Notes: generated by a model from the sequence alone, not told the origin. A DNA stretch of 64,000 bases from Parasitella parasitica NRRL 2501 (GCA_025201805.1 MU619373.1:6037-70036); one strand, 5' to 3'. Shown: positions 42,867 to 58,130, counted from the stretch's first letter. Numbers and translations: made by a program.

Positions 42867-43884
42867 AAATACAATTTAAAAATTCAAATAAAATACTTGG
42901 TTTTGGATCATGACATATAACAAGCTGCTGCTACTTGATAGCTGTTTGCTGGGTGAAAAAGCATTCGTTGTTGCAATAGCAAAACAGGAGGTCTGTATAC
43001 ATCAGGATGAACGTTGCAGCTTTCCTATTTCTCTCTCGATGCATTTTTGTAAACAATACTTGGTAGGAGATTCAACAGTAGCTGATGAGCCACGAGCAGG
43101 CCTGCCTCTATTACTGTGATGTGTCCCATAGGAAGTATAAAGGAGAGCTTGTGTGTTACATTTAAGGCTTTTCACAGACTCTTGAAACAAGGCATTTATG
43201 TCTTTTCCAATCGATAAAAGCAAATGGTTGCTACGTTACGAATAGACCCGCTCTACATCGTACTACTGCGATAGTGATTGATGACATCCTGGTCCTCCGT
43301 TTATTTCTATCTTGTACATGCTAATAATATACCAGATCCAACCATCGGAGAGGATCAGGTTTTGTATTTCATTCTTCTATTTTTGTCTTGTTTTGTCGTA
43401 TACAGCACAATCAAATTGCCATCCAAATTGCACCCTTTACTTTGGTACGGCCACCCGCTCTTATTGTATGCAGCTTTGCTCTTGGCGTGTACCCGTCGAC
43501 AACATGTAGTATAAATACAAACTGTAGATCATTTTTTGTGCCAGCAGGCCCTCTCACTACATCCACATCTTTTTAATACTCGTTTTTTTTAAAAATCAGC
43601 TCAATCAACAGAGGTTGTCAATGTCAAGAAAAAACTACGTGTTGAACTGTATCTACAAAAAAATAAAAAAAAAAAAAAAATTCGTTGTTTCTTTGGATCA
43701 ATGGCAAAAGAGATTGTTCCACCAACAAGAAATGGAATCACAATTACAAAAGGTTTTCTTAATAATGGGCTAAAAAAAGAAATTTGTGTGTTTTTTTTTT
43801 TGTGTAAGTTTTTAAAGCATGTTTATTTTTCTCTTCATCCTTTCTTTTCCTTACATACTTTTCTTTTTTCATTCGAAAAAAAAG

Positions 43885-45972
43885 ATGGGATTCAATGCTG
43901 TTGCTGACCATATCAAAAAGTGGAAAAAAACTTCCAACCAACTAGTTACACATGACATTGTGGCAACCACCACCACAGCACCTGGCTCAACCAATGCATC
44001 AACAGTTGCTGCCACAAACCTCAACAACAAAAAACTCCGAAAGCCACCCTCGCCACCAACAAAACAATATCCACCTAGCCCAGATAGCTATTTGCAAGGC
44101 ATTGGCGATTACACATTCGTCAAGCAGATCGGCCAAGGCAAGTTTAGTAGAGTAATGCTATCCACACATTGCTTGACACAGAAGCAAGTGGCTGTGAAGG
44201 TAACGTTTTTGTTTGTGTAAAATAAAGGGGTAAATCACTAAAAAATCAAGGCTTCAGATTATCGACAAAAGAGTCCATGACTACCGAGTCATATCAAGAC
44301 TAGTGCGAGAAATCTCGCTGATGGAGGCGCTGGATCACCCTAACATTGTTCGGCTGTACGAGACATACGAAACAACCGACTCAATGTATCTTGTCATGGA
44401 ATACGTCGAGGGCTACAACTTGGATGAATATTTACAGCAGCGAGGTGGCAAATTGCCCGAAACAGAAGCACGAGATGTGTTTCGACAAATGGCTGCAGCA
44501 ATGGATTATTGTCATTCTCGGTGGGTTGTCCACCGAGATTTAAAGGTAGAAAATAGATTGATTGTTGTAAAACATTGTGGTAACCTTATTCCATAAAAAG
44601 GCACCGAATATATTGCTGACCAAGGATTTTCAAGTAAAGATTGCTGATTTTGGACTTGGAAACAGATATGGCAGAAGACGATTAAAGACAATCTGCGGTA
44701 AATTAAGCACACTATTTTTGATTTTCATTGTCGAGAGATGCTGACTCGATTGCTGCAAGGTTCAATGCTTTATTACAGCCCAGAAATCATCAACGGACAA
44801 GGATACACAGGCCCAGAGGTGGACTGCTGGTGTTTGGGCGTCTCGCTATACCGCATGACTGTAGGCGAGGAACCTTTCAACAAGGCAAACAGTATGTACA
44901 TATGTCTTTCTATGTCTGTCCATTCGCTAACACAACTCTTGCTATTGTGCAGCTGTCGGTGATCTCAGAAAGGACGTTACAGGAGGCAATTTCATTATAC
45001 CTGCTCACCTGAGCGCAGAATTGAAGAGCACAATCTTGAAATGTATGTCCGTGGATAGAAGTAAGAGAAGTCGAGTTCACTTGGCCCTGAGAAACGATCC
45101 TTGGCTTTTCGACAATGGCAAACTACCCAACATCTTTACATTTGGCGTCACAGCGCAAACTACGACCAACAACACCACTGCCTCCAGAGAAGACGAGCTT
45201 GCCCGCCTTAAAATGGAAAAAGAGCAATTAAAGAACCAGCATCTTCGAGATATGGAGCAAGAAAAGATGTCCAAGAAATTCATCAAGCGAACCATTGTAT
45301 GCCACCCTAAAAACCCATCCATCTACTTTACAAGTGTTATACCACATTCATCAAAACCAGAGGACACCTATACAAACAGCGAAAAACAAAGACATTTGCT
45401 ATTCCAAAAAGTCAACGAACTATCACATCAAATCCAGCTCTCGCCAGCCCAAAATGCAGGCAACAAATCACCCATTCGACATCTACTGAGAAAACTCAAG
45501 CAGCCGGACAATCATGTACCGCACAGTAGCCTGGGGATGTCACTCTCAGCCGCAAATGGCTCTCAACATGACTTGAGTGCAGTTCCTATCTCAAGCTGCA
45601 GCACTCTGACACAACAGAGAAATCCCATCAGAAAGACATCCTCCAACATGAGTCTATCTCAGATATACCAGCGAGTGGCCAAAGACCAGGTCCATTACTA
45701 CACCTTTCAATGGACACCTCAGGCGGCTTTGCACATCACGGGTACTAGCAAACCAGCGTCCGTCCCAATGCAGTTTAGCCATCAAGATGAAGCCACTATG
45801 ATGCTCATCATTCGAGGAATCTGTGACATTATGGGAATCACATATCATCGTGATAAAAACGACCGCTTGATTTGCGTAATGGCATTAAGCGACTACATCA
45901 ATGAGAAACCACGGTCGTTCTACAAGCTGAAGCGTAGAGACAGCAAACTGATATCGTCGAGCCAGTCTATTT

Positions 45973-46012
<40 letters not shown>

Positions 46013-46703
46013 CGATACTCATTCGACAGCAAACGACGGAAGTCAAGCTTCATTCAGCCGCAGCAGCGCAGGATTATCAGACATGAACCGGTCTTCGCAA
46101 TTTGTTGTAGGGGGCAGTCGATTCAGCAAGTTCAAGAGAATGACCAGCCATGTTTTATCCAGCATATTTCCTTATCATTCATCTACTTTGGTGGTGCAAG
46201 ACAGCCGATCTGTGCGCTACCCCCCGTTTCCATACATCAATGCTGCTGCCAGCAACGCAAGCCGTCTCAACACGGTTAATAGAACGCATGCCGGCTCACA
46301 GTCATCTCAGCAATCTTCGCAGCACACAAGCGAGGAGGACGGCCAAGACAAGAAATCGGGCGTAGCGGTTTTTGCCATCGACATCATCTCTCTTTCAAAA
46401 GATTTGCAGAATAGAGTAACGGCCATCAAATTATCCAAATTAGAGGGATCCTCCAAGGTGTTCCGCATAGCTTGTGGCTGGATCACTGGTGTGATTGGGC
46501 AGAATATCAGCCCTTCACAACTGACTGATCAATTCAACAACACTCTCATGAATTGCAACCTGAATACCAGCAGTGCAGATATACCCGCAGCAATGACGGT
46601 GAAGAAATCGCCTTCACAACCAAGATTAAATAGACCCAAATCTGTAGTTACATCAACACCTGCAGTTTTCAATACCAGTAGCGTCCCTAACTCACCCAAC
46701 TAG
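43885..46703 (+). CDS. CAMK-group Ser/Thr kinase, Kin1/MARK-like, multi-exon
   Basis: [18 protein letters not shown]|APN, IADFG, TIC|[17 protein letters not shown]; C-terminal VAVFAIDII...KLEGSSKVF resembles a KA1 domain. Confidence 0.92.
45975..46013 (+). repeat. (AAC)13 microsatellite encoding polyN in the kinase
   Basis: Read directly. Confidence 0.95.
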
Positions 46704-46746
46704 TAGTATATCGTACATATGTATACCTGTATAGCAAAATAAAATT

Positions 46747-46838
46747 TTATTGTATTTTTGAACCGTCATCTACTACGACCGAGTGCATGCTTGTTGTTAC
46801 GTTGTTGTCTTGTAGCAGTTGATTACTACTATTACTAC

Positions 46839-46869
<31 letters not shown>

Positions 46870-47187
46870 ATCATCAAGAGAGTCGTCATTGAACAATGAG
46901 CCATCTTGTTCCGAGGAAATTGGTCCACTAAAAAGCGTCTCTTGTTGTTGTTGTTTTAATTGATCGTTTTCGTAGATGATTCGTAACAAGCGAGATCCTT
47001 TTGGGAGTGATTCTCGAAGCTTATGCATTCCCTTGTCCATACCAAGTACTCCACCACATGTTAGGCCTGCAAATGTTCCCACTTGACATATATTTAGTTT
47101 AGGTGATTTCATTGTTCAATGGATATCACTTACGGATAGTTGGGATGGCTGTTGCTGGCTTTTGTGCAGTTGCTCTGGACCTGGCTA

Positions 47188-47228
<41 letters not shown>

Positions 47229-47477
47229 CACTTGTGTAAATGTTGTATTTTATTTGCTGGCTTACCCCAAAGACGCGCAGACATGCCAAGTGATGCAGCA
47301 CCAATTGTCGCTATGTTAAACATGGTATGGTGGCATAAGAAAACGGAAACATAAATAGAATATCATGAAAATACCTAGTGTGATAAAATTAAACACTGCA
47401 GATCTGATAACCAACAATTCGTCTTGGGTTGGCTTATAATCGATCAATTCAAGCTTGATATCGTCTTTGCTAGGCAT
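46747..47477 (-). CDS. Small hypothetical two-TM protein; exons 47477-47375, 47310-47266, 47184-47134, 47081-46747
   Basis: Three phase-consistent introns give MPSKDD...FITLATIGAASLGMSARLWARSR...LGTFAGLTCGGVLG; Gly-rich hydrophobic segments and an acidic Ser-rich tail. Confidence 0.7.
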
Positions 47478-48165
47478 GTTTCGATCTTTTGTGTGTGTGT
47501 GTATGTTTATGAGAGAAATATAAAATTCCCCCTGTCAATTTGCTGAAATTTGTAGTTACAGCTGTCATTTAATAAATTCAGTAGACATGTCTCTTGCTTG
47601 AACCACCACACTTGATATCAGAGCAAACATCATTTGGCATAGCAAACACAAAATCCCGATAATCCCATGGATATTGCAAACATAAGATTTAAGACTTTTA
47701 TATGCAAAACATTTATATTTTTTAAATTAGCTGCAGAAGATAAGCATACCCACATGGCATTTTTGATAGCCTGTCGGCAAAGTTGAGAGCATGCATCTTG
47801 GTAGCTATATATCTATAATTAATTTCTATTTTCTATCCATCTGCCACTATCATTCGAGACGAAAATAATAGTAGATTTTAGATTTTGCGGGTGGCGAATA
47901 TTGACCCAACAACGAAAACAGGAGTAAATCACATACTGTATTTGGCAGGTTATCTTGGATATATATATATATGTATTTAAGCTCATAACAATGAATTGAT
48001 TGTCTTGCAATTGAGTAAACGTTTATACAATGTTTTCAGAAGCATCTTTATATAGTATTGTGTTTATGTTGATTATTGTATAAATATCATGGTGGAATGC
48101 GAATCGTTACTTTCTTGTCTCATCAATATTTCTCTCTACACAATACCCGCCAAAAAGAACTGAAA

Positions 48166-49202
48166 ATGCGCCCCTTGTATATTATTTTACTACTGATTGT
48201 TGCATGTATAAGCAGTGGATATGCCTATGAAAATAAAACCAGTAATTCTCTACTACAAGAACGCAACAACGTAGGGACATCTGTGAAAGACGACTGCGCG
48301 GATGATCCAAAGCCTACTCCAAGCTCAGATAAAAGCCCATCTACCGAGGATGATGGGGATTGCTGCGAAGAACTGCGTGAAAAGTACAAACTAAAGTTCC
48401 AGCCACAAGTAATCGGAGCAAGTATTCTGCTGTTGTCCACAGGCATTTATCTGCTCGTTTATGGGTTTGCAATGTTCCGAATTACAATTGGGATAATAGG
48501 CTTCATATTTGGAGGTAAGACAAAAAGTATATGTTATATATCACATGTGTAGCTGACTTGTTACGTACTATAGGTGCTATTACTTGGATAGGTCTCCAAG
48601 CAAATGAACCAACACAAAGCTACCCAAATGCGTCCAATCTTTACATTGGTATCTGTGTTGCGGTGGCGGTAGTGGCTGCTCTCATCTGTGTTGTATTGTA
48701 CAAAATGGGTCTGTATCTCTTTTGTGGTATGGCAGCTACGTTGCTGGCCCTCTACTTTTGTTGCTGGAGCGAGAACTTTTTCTTTCCCAACATATTCCAT
48801 CGCACCTTATTCACTTTTGGCGTAATATTCTTATTCATTCTTGGTTTAGTCTTTCTGGAATATGCGACGGTCATCGTGTCCCTGGCCTTGGTGGGTGTCC
48901 ACATGCTCGCTGTGGGCATTGATTTGTACGTAAAAACCGGTTTTCTCAAAGGCATTGAAGTGCTATTGGATTTCAATCAAGAGCGTAATCTCCACAGTAA
49001 GCTTCAACTCAACACGCTGAAATTCGGAAAGAGAAGCGCGCCTGGTGTGTACCATCCTGACTGGAAGACTCACACTATGATGGGCATTATGATTGCTGTG
49101 TTCTTTCTGTCCGTGGTGCTCCAAGCATGGATGAACAAGGGAAATAGATTCGGCCTTCGTATAATTAGAAATTCCAATGATACTTTACATAAATTAAAAT
49201 AA
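48166..49202 (+). CDS. TM7SF3/TMEM198 (DUF4203)-like multi-pass membrane protein with signal peptide; one intron
   Basis: Signal peptide MRPLYIILLLIVACISSGYA; GIYLLVYGFAMFRITIGIIGF; GVHMLAVGIDLYVKTGF. Confidence 0.8.
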
Positions 49203-49306
49203 ATTATTGCTTATATATATTTATATTTACATACTTGTGTGATTTTCGCGCTTGAAAGAAATATCAATGTTCTAATAGCATAAAACTCATTGATTAAATT
49301 TTAATA

Positions 49307-49345
<39 letters not shown>

Positions 49346-49390
49346 GTTTAGCTCTTTATGTTAATGAATTGCTGTACAGATTGAAGATTA

Positions 49391-52300
49391 TTAAATAAAT
49401 TTGCGAGAAGATCCCCTTCGTTGGGGATTCTGTTTGAGATAAAAGATGTCCTGAATATCTGGTTTTTGAGAATGGGTCATGCAGCCTTGAATAATGGTCG
49501 TATTCGCAGTTGTATGAAAGTGTGTTAATCTGATTTGATCACCTGGTATAATCTGTACAAGGTCGCCCTGGAAACAAACATGAGTGTATATGACGACAAA
49601 GATTAGAATGGCACATACCGTATCAACATGGCGCACTTCGATAAATTGAGGATCGAACGCGATAATATAAGGATGCTGAAACACAATATTGTCAGGGTTT
49701 CCTTCCCATTCGCACAGCAAAGGTAACCTACGACAAGTGAGTACATGCTGTAATTGATAAGCGGAATAGTGCAACTTACTTTTGAGGTCCTCTCTGCACC
49801 AAAGATCCATTTCTGTTATTCACATAATAAGCAAACTTGTTGTAGCACAACATGAATTTATCATGCACACGATACATCGCAAGTGGTTTAAGAGAGTCGG
49901 ACTGACGATGCACAAAATTAAACTGTGGATCGCCTTTATCTGGAATATCTCGGCCTCCTACACTCAGGTTTTCAGGGTCAATGATTTCAAATCCACGATC
50001 GCACACAATAAGCAGCTTGGATTTCAAAAAGTGAACATTTGTAGACTCTGCACCAATATAGAACTCCTATAAACAAATGTCAGCTGCGTTATCTTCATTT
50101 CAAAGTATGCAAACCTTGTACTTCTTAAACCACGAGTGGCTCGATCGATTGCCAATCATGAAACCAGTCTTTTGGACAAGGTACTTATGATTTTTAGGAT
50201 CTCTTAAATCCAAATGAGGCTCCAGTGATGTAAATACGCTGGATGTGTTTTTCTTTTTTTTGAATACCACCAGCTCCTTGTTGTTGCAGACACCAACCTG
50301 AAAAAAATGCACATGTTGGCCCAATTCTTGACCGAGTTTTTTTGGTGATTTCGCATTGAAAGCTGTGGACGTATTCAGCAGATCCAGAGGATACGCTTTT
50401 AAAGTTTTATCTATGGTGGAGCGGGAGTGGAACATTTAGATTTATGTGCAAACTATTCAGTACTTGCGGATGTACCTGCAAGGACCAGAAGAATGTTGAA
50501 TCGTTCCAAAACTGCCAGTTGCGTTACGTTGTCACTTGATAATACCTTTCGGTTGCCATGCCCATTGAGATCTTTGAAAAAAATGCCTGTATCTGTGCCT
50601 ACAGCTAGTTTTCTCTTGTTGTTTGTGGAAACTGCCAACATTAACATGTTAAAACTATTTCAACATGTACCGGTGTGGAATACATACCAAAAGGCACCGT
50701 GCAATTCACTCTTCCGTTTTTAGCGGATCCACTTCCGGCTGCAGACGTGTACCTGAAAGAAGAATTATCCAAGGAAATCACATTGAAGACATCTTCTCCT
50801 AAGCGTTTCTTTAACAAAGATCTTGCCTCTTCAATCGCAGCAACCAATTTTTGCTTTTCATCTGGAGTACATGAAAAAGTGTAATCCCCGCCTCGCTGAC
50901 CCAAATGATGAAATGTCAAAGGGATATAGCTAGCCGATGCGTAAGAAGATGGGCTATGAAGGTAGCTATTTGTTGTACTAGATAACAGATATCGCGTCGA
51001 AGAAGAAGACGCTAATATATTATGACTAGAACTAGATTCGCTTGCACAGCTGACATGAAGCATTTGCAGAGGAATAGGTCTTCTCCAAACTCTATATTCA
51101 TCCATAGGCTGTGTGGCTGTCGCTGTTTTTCTCACTTTGGCCATTAAAATCATATGGTCGAATACAAAGAGGTGAATGTCTGACTTCTCCGTTACTTCGA
51201 TTCCATTGCTTCGTCGTTTGACATCACATTGATAGTATAATCGACGCTGAGGGTCTGTCAATTGTAGATCCTGGAATTCACCTTGCTTAAAGGTGACCGC
51301 GTCATTAATCTCCAGTATCTCGACTCTTTTCTTGAATATTTCGGCCATGCTATCTGATTGTGCTGCTACTTTTTTCACCATATCGAGACACTTGCTAAGA
51401 TAAGTGTGGTCCGGATGATCTTGATCTGTCTTTTTAAGTATAGCCTCAAGTAAGAGTGGGTAGCGCTGCATCCGGGTAACTGGATTGAGCAAAAAATGAC
51501 GGAACGCGAGTCTGCGCATGCGTTTACTTTTCTCGACTTGCACTATAAACCTTTCAAAATCAGGATTGTTTCGTTCCTCCTCTTTAACAAGGTATTCAGC
51601 AAGGGATACTCTGGGACAGTATTGACTGAAAGGGTCTTCGAAATACGCAAAATGCTTGATCAATATGTCACCAATCATCGGAACACATTCATGCTCATAT
51701 TGATGTTGCAATTCCAAGAGATCGTCCAATAGAGCTGTGCTGACTTCAATAAGCTCCTTGAAGTTTCCAAATACTTCATGCACAAATTTTTCTCGCTTTT
51801 GCGCGGAAGCAATGATGGATTTCTTGAGTAAAGGTGCTACGATGACTTCCGACAAGGTATTCAGATCTCGTTTGTAAGCTTCCTCAGAATAAATCATTTC
51901 GTTGATAGCTTCTTGTCTCGCGATTTCTTTCTTTGACAGATTCTCCAGTAATTTTTTTGGCACCTTCTGAGCCCATGCCATTTGCGGCTGTGTACCGTAA
52001 GCAGTACTGCTGTTCATTTGATCTGAGTGAGGACGAGATCTAGTGGCTGCTGCCGGCGCTGTTGGACCTTGGATGTCAAATTCCATGGCAAACACCTCTG
52101 GTTTATTTGGGCACCGTGGGGAGTAGCAGCCGCCTTTACCAGGAATACATTCGTATGAATAGCATTCCAACAATCCGGTTAAAATACCTGTAGGGACGTC
52201 CTCAAGCATCATGTCCTCTGGCAATGTATAATACTCGTCCGATGAATTGAATACAGTGCCTTGAATAATCGATTTTTGAGAGTAATGAATAGGCTCGAAC

Positions 52301-53477
52301 AGTGGAGGTTTTGACTTCATCAACGTATTGGCAACCTGTATACAATAAGCTTCTGGAATACCATCTAGTAAACTGTACAGCATTTTCTACAACAGAGACA
52401 TATTAGCGGCGATAATCAAATGAAGGATTCTAGTGAACATTACGATTGCTTCTTGTCCGGTAAATGATTCAGGATACTCGTTTGCACAGAACAATTCACG
52501 CACGTTTTCCAAGCCTCTCACACGTTTCATGAATGCTTTGCTGAGCACAGATAAAAAAGCAAAAGCTGGTGGTTTACTGTTAGTAGCAGTAGTAGTAGTA
52601 GTAGTAGTAGTGGTCATTGGCGTACTGCTACCATTAGTCACAGCAGGGGATGTACAAGACGGAGTGGCCAAAGAGGTACTGAGAGAATGGTACAGTTTGG
52701 TATCGCTTCCTACCTTGCTACTGTCTGATTGACTATGCTTCAGCGAGTCATCAAGTCCCGTAGACATATTATTTGCGGAATCAGTAGTAAATGTAGATGA
52801 ACTACTATCACGGCAACTACTGTTGTCAGCATAGGCAGCTGTTTTTTCTCCCAACAGCTGTTGTCTCTTTTGACTCGAAGCCAAGTAAGTGCTTACATAG
52901 TCTGAATTCGTATTGTATCCAGAATTTGAATAAAAGGATGGCTCGTGATGCGAAACAATATAAGGTGAATATGAAAATGGGTGTGTTGGTGGTACAGCGT
53001 ATGGATGAGGTGTAGGCATTGACATGCTTGGTTCCACAAGAGTTGCAGATGTGGGTACTGCTGGTCGAGGAGGAGGTCTTGGTTGTTGTTGTTGCTGTTC
53101 TTGATTTTGTATGTAATAAGAAGTTTGTGGTGATGGCGATGCGATATAATTATTGTACCTACTATCATTCTCCTAATGTAACATGGCAATAAGCATGTGA
53201 TCTTTCACGATTGTCCCTCAAAATTTAGACAACTTACATAAATAGGTCGGTAAGTGGTATTTGCTCTACTAACCATTGTAGGCGATTGCTGCCTTTGTGG
53301 TGATTGTAATGAATAGGCTCGAGCGGTTGTCGGCATGGAGTATAAAGGTTGCTGTTCAGAATTCAGTTCAGAAATAAAGGAATCTACATCACGCATTAGG
53401 CCATTTAAGCTAGAATCCAATGTATCTCCCTCATTTGCTGTTCCAGCATGTTTGGGTAATTCTGGTTGATTCCACAT
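49391..53477 (-). CDS. Rho1 guanine nucleotide exchange factor, Rom1/Rom2/Rgf family (DH-PH-CNH), multi-exon
   Basis: EIARQEAINEMIYSEEAY, PVTRMQRYPLLLEAIL (DH); LFVFDHMILM, RRPIPL (PH); CYSPRC; PYIIAFDPQFIEVR (CNH). Confidence 0.93.
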
Positions 53478-56274
53478 TATATTTGAAATGAAGCAAGACC
53501 GAAATTTGACAGACAAGCAAGAAAAAGAAGAGGAAGAAAAGAGGTCGGGATGGTCACGAATGGCTAAATACGGTACCTAGAAACCAACATCCAAACAACC
53601 AAAACCCAAATGTTAAAAAACCCAACCAATAATTTACATTGAACCGTTTGAATCCTTTAAAATGCCATCTGTAGTAATTATAATGGGACAATGCAATTTC
53701 AAGCATGTCTTATTTAGCAGCATGCAGAGGCAACGATGTGTCCTTCTTCTCAAGTGGCTCCCAGCTTGCGTGCTGGGACCGCCATTGGTTTTCTGTGCAT
53801 ACAGCCAAGAATGTCTCAGTTTTAGAAAACCAGATACACGCATGATAATTCGCTTTGATTCAGTGGGCAGAAAAGGTACGCAAAATATGCTCAAGTGATC
53901 GGTCAATCATTGATTGAATCTGATGATTGCATAATCTTGAACTTGTAGATATTATGAGAGAACCATGCGTTTTTATTAATTTTCTGAAAGAAATATTATT
54001 TACCTTTACAAATATAGCATCATCAGATTTCTTAATATAGAGTGATTCATATACCTTTTAGGCTTTTCAGAATGTACACGTTTCACGGTGAAATCCTCAA
54101 TTGTAAAGGCACTATAACAGCATGCCCCAAGTGAAAATCACACCTTTTAGCCTGTTAATGTGGCATTTTTCTCACTATTTCAGAAGAACATATACTCCTT
54201 TTAGCCTGTTGAAGTGCTTAAGACTTTACTAAATGATTCCCCAAAGTTCATTGTGATAATCTGACGACTTATCACCAAAAAAATAGATGATAATAAAACC
54301 ATCGATTTTCAACGATAGGCAAAATGAATAGAAATTACAAAATCTCAAGTTTGACCACAATAACGCACCGTTCGTATTATTTGAAACATTATATTTTATA
54401 TTGATTTTGATACCTGATTGCCATTTTAGGTATGAATTATGAAGTTTCAGTCGAAAAATGCATTTTTCTTTAATCGTAGATTACTCAAGTTTTTTGTTAG
54501 ACACTTTTTTTATTATGTATACTATTCGATGCAAATTTTAAGGCTTTACATAATTACTTATCATTGTAACATATGTTGTATTATTATATTTTAGAGATAT
54601 TGATTAATTTGTGTCAACGAATCCAAATTGTCATCCGTGAAACACATCTGGCAAAAAAAATCGATATCGGAGATTGCGCCCAACAGTAGCAGCAGCAGGT
54701 TTTAGCTGGTGCCAAGCATAAAACGCCTCATTAAGAGGATTGAGCGAGATAAAAAAACAATTTGAAGAAGATTATAGCAAAATTATTAACAAAGTCGTAA
54801 ATTTCAGCACCAGTAAGCTTTGTTCTAAAAAATACTAGTATCACCAGCTTCCAATGAGTTCAAATGTAAAAGACCATTTTTCTAACTGTGGCAAATTAAG
54901 AATTCACTATTGCGAACACATCATAGAACAATATTATGTTGCATACATACTGATTGGTTTCAATGAATAAAAATAAATAAATACATTCATTATGTGAAAA
55001 CTATACCTTGTCTAATTTTAAGATTCTCATCACCAAAAAGAATCATTCAATACTATAAGAGGCTGTGATAAACATAGGATTATAAGCAACTGATCTCCTT
55101 GTATATTAGACTAATCAGATCAATTATCTCATAGCTTCCATTTTATACGTGCGAGTAACGAAAAGGAAAACCCAAGAATCGTTTTATCAATTTTTTCTTG
55201 GCCTACCATATCTCTAACTGCGTCTATTATTAATTCAATAGTTGTACGTATACAGAGTATCTTTGGATATATATGTCCTTAATTTTGATTTCCATGTTAT
55301 GGGGAAATACAAGTTACCTTACCCAATTGTAGCTCTAACCTCCTGTCTTATTATTGTCCGTCAAGGTTTAATGTCATCCTCTTTAGATTTTACACTGCCT
55401 GAAGAATTTTCTCTACTAATTGTTCTCTGCTAGATGATTGACTTTAAATGCGGTGTATGCCGTTATAGTAGATGAAGTTAATAAGAAATGTACACGACAA
55501 TGATAGAGTCGCAGATGCGGCTATAAAAACAATGTAAATATATGTACTGCAGATAATTTACTTTTGGAGAAAATAGATAAAAATAAAATGAGCTAGTCTA
55601 TATGATCAAGGGTCTTTGCAGTTGTAGCCGTTGGTATGACAGAGCCATTTTGAGCTTATCGCATTTAAATCCATATGGCTCCCAAGTTGAGACTCTTGTT
55701 TCAGGAAAATTATCATGAACAAAAGTCTTGAGATCAATGATTAAAAATCTGAATAATGCGTTATTTTAGACAGTGGGGTTATTTCATAATTTCAGGCTAC
55801 TGAAATGAATCAATGGATTGCAAAAAACGAGAGAACTTCATTATGACCTAAAATTATACCTGTGTCCATGAGTTCCTCCACAAAAATCAAAACACAGGTA
55901 TAAATTTGGATAAATATTTTATGCAGTATGTATGTGCTGTGGTTTAAGCATGATATTATATTTGAACTACCCTTTTAAGGATGTAGGCGTGATTCCGGAA
56001 GATGATATATACATTATGTGAGTACTATATCTTGGGAAGTAGATTTTTGATCTGAAGATTGGTATGTTATCGATAAAATGATCAATTAAAGCAAGTTGCG
56101 ATTACCAAACAAACCAAAAACACCTCATTTGTGTACCCAAATAACACAGCTTGGGTGCTGTGGTTTTTGTTGTTATCACACGACCGTATTAAGCATTGTA
56201 ACCAATTGATTAAAAAAAAAAACCAGACGATATTACTTCACTTCTTTTTCTCACTTTCTTTCTAATCCATTTGA

Positions 56275-58130
56275 ATGAACTATTACAACAACAATAGAAA
56301 ACGTGAACACCATCACTACCAACAGCACCAGCAACAGCAGCAACCAACACCAAAATTGTACATGGACATTTTCGAGCCACCACCACAATGGGTACCTTCT
56401 GTCAGCAACAGCAACATCAACAATGCCAATTCACAGTCAGGTTTCCACGCCCATTCACCTACTCACAGATCACCTATACAGCATCATCCATCATTATCCG
56501 AGATAGTGTTTCAAGAATACAATAGTCCCTCTGATAGACAAGAAGGCAAGTACAATGTAACCCATTTACACAAATGGCGCATTTTGCTAACATAAAGATA
56601 AAATAGGTCCTGGAGTATTTCAACAAAACCGTCGAAGCTATCCATTTGCATTACAACAGCAAAGAGTCCAGCAACAATTGCAGAAAAAACGCCTTCAGGA
56701 GCATTTGCAATTCAAGAAGCAGCAGCAGCAAATACAGGAACAAGATGGCCATCACCATACAAAAGCTAATTCCATAGGATCAGCACATGATTTTGAATCT
56801 GCGGCTTCTTCACCATACACAGTTTCTACCAGTCCCAAGTATTTGCAATATGATGACATTGACGAAGATATCGAAAGCATCAATAGATCAATGTTCCGCA
56901 ATCAACATAACCACCGCCATCAGGCAGATAATATTAGCATTGCTACGTCCCTATTTACAGCAGTAGAGCATCTAGGAAATGACTCGGAAGAAGAAGACAG
57001 TAGCTCGACAGAAAACCAACGACATGGATTTGTAACCACCACAGTCACAAACCAGGAATCACAGGATTCAGTCAACGAAGTTATGAAAAAGCTCGATATT
57101 CAAACCTCCATTCAGTGGGACGGTATATATTCATACATGATTCATTTCATTTGACTGTAAAATTCAACATCTCTATAGATTACAAACCACAATATCGATT
57201 ATTGAATGAATCTTATGACAGCGTCAAACAAGGTACGCACATGCATTAACTGTTTTTTTTTACTCCTCCATACTAATTCAGGGCTTCTTTTTGTAAGACA
57301 TCTACAAAGAAATATTTGGTACAATGCAGAAGATGCAAGAATTAGACTACAAATTTAATACTGCCAAAGCAACATTTCATTCATCAATGGAGGAAAACTA
57401 TGAGCAAATGTCAAGTCAGCTGATATCTCAATGCTACACATTGAAAAAAGAGAAGCTCGAGTTTGAGACTAAGACGAAAACAGGTATTATATTCGCAAGG
57501 TTTGAATGATGTAGAATTCTAATTTCTATACATATTATGCAGATGAATCAACCCAACATTGTCTACCTAAAAGTGGAAAGATTCGACTAAATGTTGGAGG
57601 CGGCATATTTGAGGTGAATACTCTATCTATTTGGTATACATGTATCTTATATATCCATGATGTATAGACATCCTTGAGCACTTTAAGACGTGATACAAAT
57701 TGTCTATTGGCTACCATGTTTTCCGGAAGACATCTCATCTCAGCAGAACCAGATGGATCCTATTTTATTGATCGTGATCCATTGCATTTCAGGCTTGTAT
57801 TGAATTATCTTCGAGATTTGAGGGTTTGTTATCATATATGTAATCGATTTGATTTTGCTCAGTAGTTCTGATCTGCTTTTTTTTTTTTTTATTGTGTCCA
57901 TGTTAGATACCACCAACTATTCTTGAAGATACCAAAATGTAAGTGTTCCTATTGTGTTACCTAAAAAGTTAAACTCAATCTTTTTGTAATTACACATATT
58001 CAGATGTCACGAATTGCTCCAGGAAGTAAGTGCTACAGAGATAAAATAACAGCAGTTTTCTAATCACACTGCTTTATAGGCAAAATACTACTGCATAGAA
58101 GGCCTCGTCAAGCTTCTGCAGCAGCATTAG
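56275..58130 (+). CDS. Q-rich/coiled-coil protein with C-terminal KCTD-type BTB (T1) domain, many short exons
   Basis: IRLNVGGGIFE|TSLSTL...LATMFSG...YFIDRDPLHFRLVLNYLR...ELLQE|AKYY. Confidence 0.88.
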
